The notes beneath the pieces were generated by a model that worked only from the letters and a program-made list of their open reading frames with translations, did not search any database and was not told where the DNA came from. This document shows positions 62,647 to 64,000 of a DNA stretch of 64,000 bases, piece after piece (the first letter of the stretch is position 1; the number at the start of each line of letters is the position of its first letter). Origin of the DNA: Candidatus Calditenuis fumarioli (GTDB lineage: Archaea; Thermoproteota; Nitrososphaeria_A; Caldarchaeales; Calditenuaceae); assembly GCA_030059665.1 (NCBI GenBank), contig JANVYR010000001.1, positions 384,001 through 448,000 on the forward strand, given 5' to 3'. The position numbers and the translations under genes are program-made.

Positions 62647-63737
62647 CCGCGCATCACCCTCTCCATCCTGAGCTGCTGCCGAAACTCCTCCATCTGCTCC
62701 CTCAGCTGCGGCGTCGGCTCCGCGTAGACGTCCTCGAAGATCACCATCGGGTCGAGTCCGGGCTTGGCGAGCGCCTTCTCTACCTCCGCGGAGACAAGCG
62801 CCTCCACCTCCGCCCAGAGCGCCTTGTCTTCCTCCTCCCCCATCACGTTCTTGGAGATCAGGTAGGACCTCATCCTCTCGATCGGATCCCTCTCCATCCA
62901 GTACCTGACCTCCTCCTCGGACCTGTACCTCTTCGGGTCGTCGCTGGTGGTGTGGGCACCGAGCCTGTACGTCACCGCCTCTATCAGCACCGGATCGCCG
63001 CCTTCCCTGACCTCCTCGAAGACGGACCTCGAGACGAGGTACATCGCGATCGCGTCGTTGCCGTCAACCCGGTATCCGCTGAGGCCGTAGGCTATCGCCT
63101 TCTGAGCTATGGTCGCTGCGCCCGTCTGCCTGCTGACGTGCGTCGAGATCGCGTACTGGTTGTTCAGGCAGATGAAGACGATGGGAGGCTTGTAGACGCT
63201 GGCGAAGTTGATCCCCTCGTGGAAGTCTCCCTTCGAGGTCGCACCGTCGCCGAAGTAGGTGACCGCGAGCCTCCGCTCTCCCCTGATCTTGAAGGCAAGC
63301 GCGTATCCCACCGCTACGGGTATCTGCGTAGCGACGGGCGTCGGAGCGGGGACGATGTTGAACCTGCTGTCGCCGAAGACGGCGAACTCGTGGCCCTTCA
63401 GCGGATCGTCGACCGTGTTCAGCTGCCTGTCCAGTATCTCCGAGATCGGTACTCCCCTGGTCAGGTAAACTCCCAGCTCCCTGTAGGACGGGAAGACCAC
63501 GTCCTCGGGCCGCAGCGCCAGAGCGGAACCGACCATCGCCGCCTCCTCGCCCAACGACTCGGCGTAGAGGGCAACCTTTCCCATCCTCTGTAATCGGAGG
63601 AGGTACCTGTCGAGGGCCCTCGTGAGCACGAGCAACCTGTACATCCTCATCAGGAGCTCCCTCTCGAGTCCGAGGTCCTCCGGGTCCGGGGGCCTTCTCT
63701 TACCCAGAATTGTAATGAATTCCCACCACCCCCTCAA
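62643..63737 (-). CDS. 2-oxoacid dehydrogenase E1 alpha subunit
   Basis: GEEA, PSYRE, TPP motif [13 protein letters not shown]...NNQYAIS and HTTSDDP. Start uncertain (TTG 63737 or ATG 63650); the track's 63998 start is over-extended. Confidence 0.92.
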   Translation of the reverse strand: MRGWWEFITILGKRRPPDPEDLGLERELLMRMYRLLVLTRALDRYLLRLQRMGKVALYAESLGEEAAMVGSALALRPEDVVFPSYRELGVYLTRGVPISEILDRQLNTVDDPLKGHEFAVFGDSRFNIVPAPTPVATQIPVAVGYALAFKIRGERRLAVTYFGDGATSKGDFHEGINFASVYKPPIVFICLNNQYAISTHVSRQTGAATIAQKAIAYGLSGYRVDGNDAIAMYLVSRSVFEEVREGGDPVLIEAVTYRLGAHTTSDDPKRYRSEEEVRYWMERDPIERMRSYLISKNVMGEEEDKALWAEVEALVSAEVEKALAKPGLDPMVIFEDVYAEPTPQLREQMEEFRQQLRMERVMRG

Positions 63738-63936
63738 TCCGTAAAATGCGAATTCCCAGAGATAACCCTTCTCCCGTGAACAGTTGTCGTGTAAGGAAAT
63801 GGTGGCTGGTACGATCGTACAAGCGTTTTCCTTCGGGCTGAAATCCGCGTAACGGGAATACGGGGATATTGCGCGAAGCTGGCCGGATCCGGTGCACCGG
63901 CAGACGCTAATAGCCGTCGGACGGGCCCGGGGTGCG

Positions 63937-64000
63937 ATGCTGCTCGACAGGCTGAGACCCGGGAGGGGGGACAGGAAGATAGCGTCGCTTGAGGTCAAGC
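63937..64000 (+). CDS. Possible 5' end of a divergent gene (truncated by the window)
   Basis: ATG CTG CTC GAC AGG... (MLLDRLRPGRGDRKIASLEVK), open to the edge; too short to identify. Confidence 0.3.
   Translation, partial: MLLDRLRPGRGDRKIASLEVK

Noticed and set aside
63700-63740. Possible frameshift at the E1 alpha 5' end (RBS-like GAGGGGGTGGTG leads into a short out-of-frame ORF)
   Set aside because: An in-frame TTG at 63737 gives a normal-length protein with all motifs, so no frameshift is needed.
1-64000. CRISPR array, IS/transposase, integrase or provirus, rRNA
   Set aside because: I found no regularly spaced repeats, no DDE or tyrosine recombinase motifs and no rRNA-like sequence; the tRNA has no visible att duplication in the window.

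Overview
GC-rich, gene-dense archaeal chromosomal window. The lineage is inferred to be TACK-type and aerobic heterotrophic (Aigarchaeota/Caldarchaeales-like), from archaeal DnaG, Taw1, ThiD-ThiN, short XPF, Hjc, a crenarchaeal-type pyruvoyl decarboxylase, heme O synthase, SDH and many leaderless TTG/GTG starts. It holds about 70 real CDS and one intron-containing tRNA-Ser that the ORF track does not show. I see no CRISPR array, rRNA, transposase or integrase. Housekeeping content covers thiamine salvage, tRNA modification (taw1, queC/queD), DNA repair (xpf, topA, hjc, nth, ogg, nurA-herA), polyamine metabolism (aguA/aguB, decarboxylase), sdhCDB, two purP paralogs and acyl-CoA catabolism. The strongest candidate for an undescribed system is at 54.9-63.7 kb. 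Two thiolase-fold proteins that both lack the catalytic Cys/His residues are coupled to two DUF35 proteins, the architecture of the actinobacterial Ltp3/Ltp4 retro-aldolase. They lie between an acetoacetate-CoA ligase and a 2-oxoacid dehydrogenase E1 plus an IVD-like acyl-CoA dehydrogenase, which suggests a non-canonical HMG-CoA-lyase-type step. Other candidates are an unknown P-loop NTPase inside the thiW-thiDN operon, an HTH-CoaD fusion, an HTH-ferritin fusion, and a secreted RG-rich protein paired with a membrane-anchored wHTH regulator. All family assignments come from motif recognition by eye; no database searches were run.
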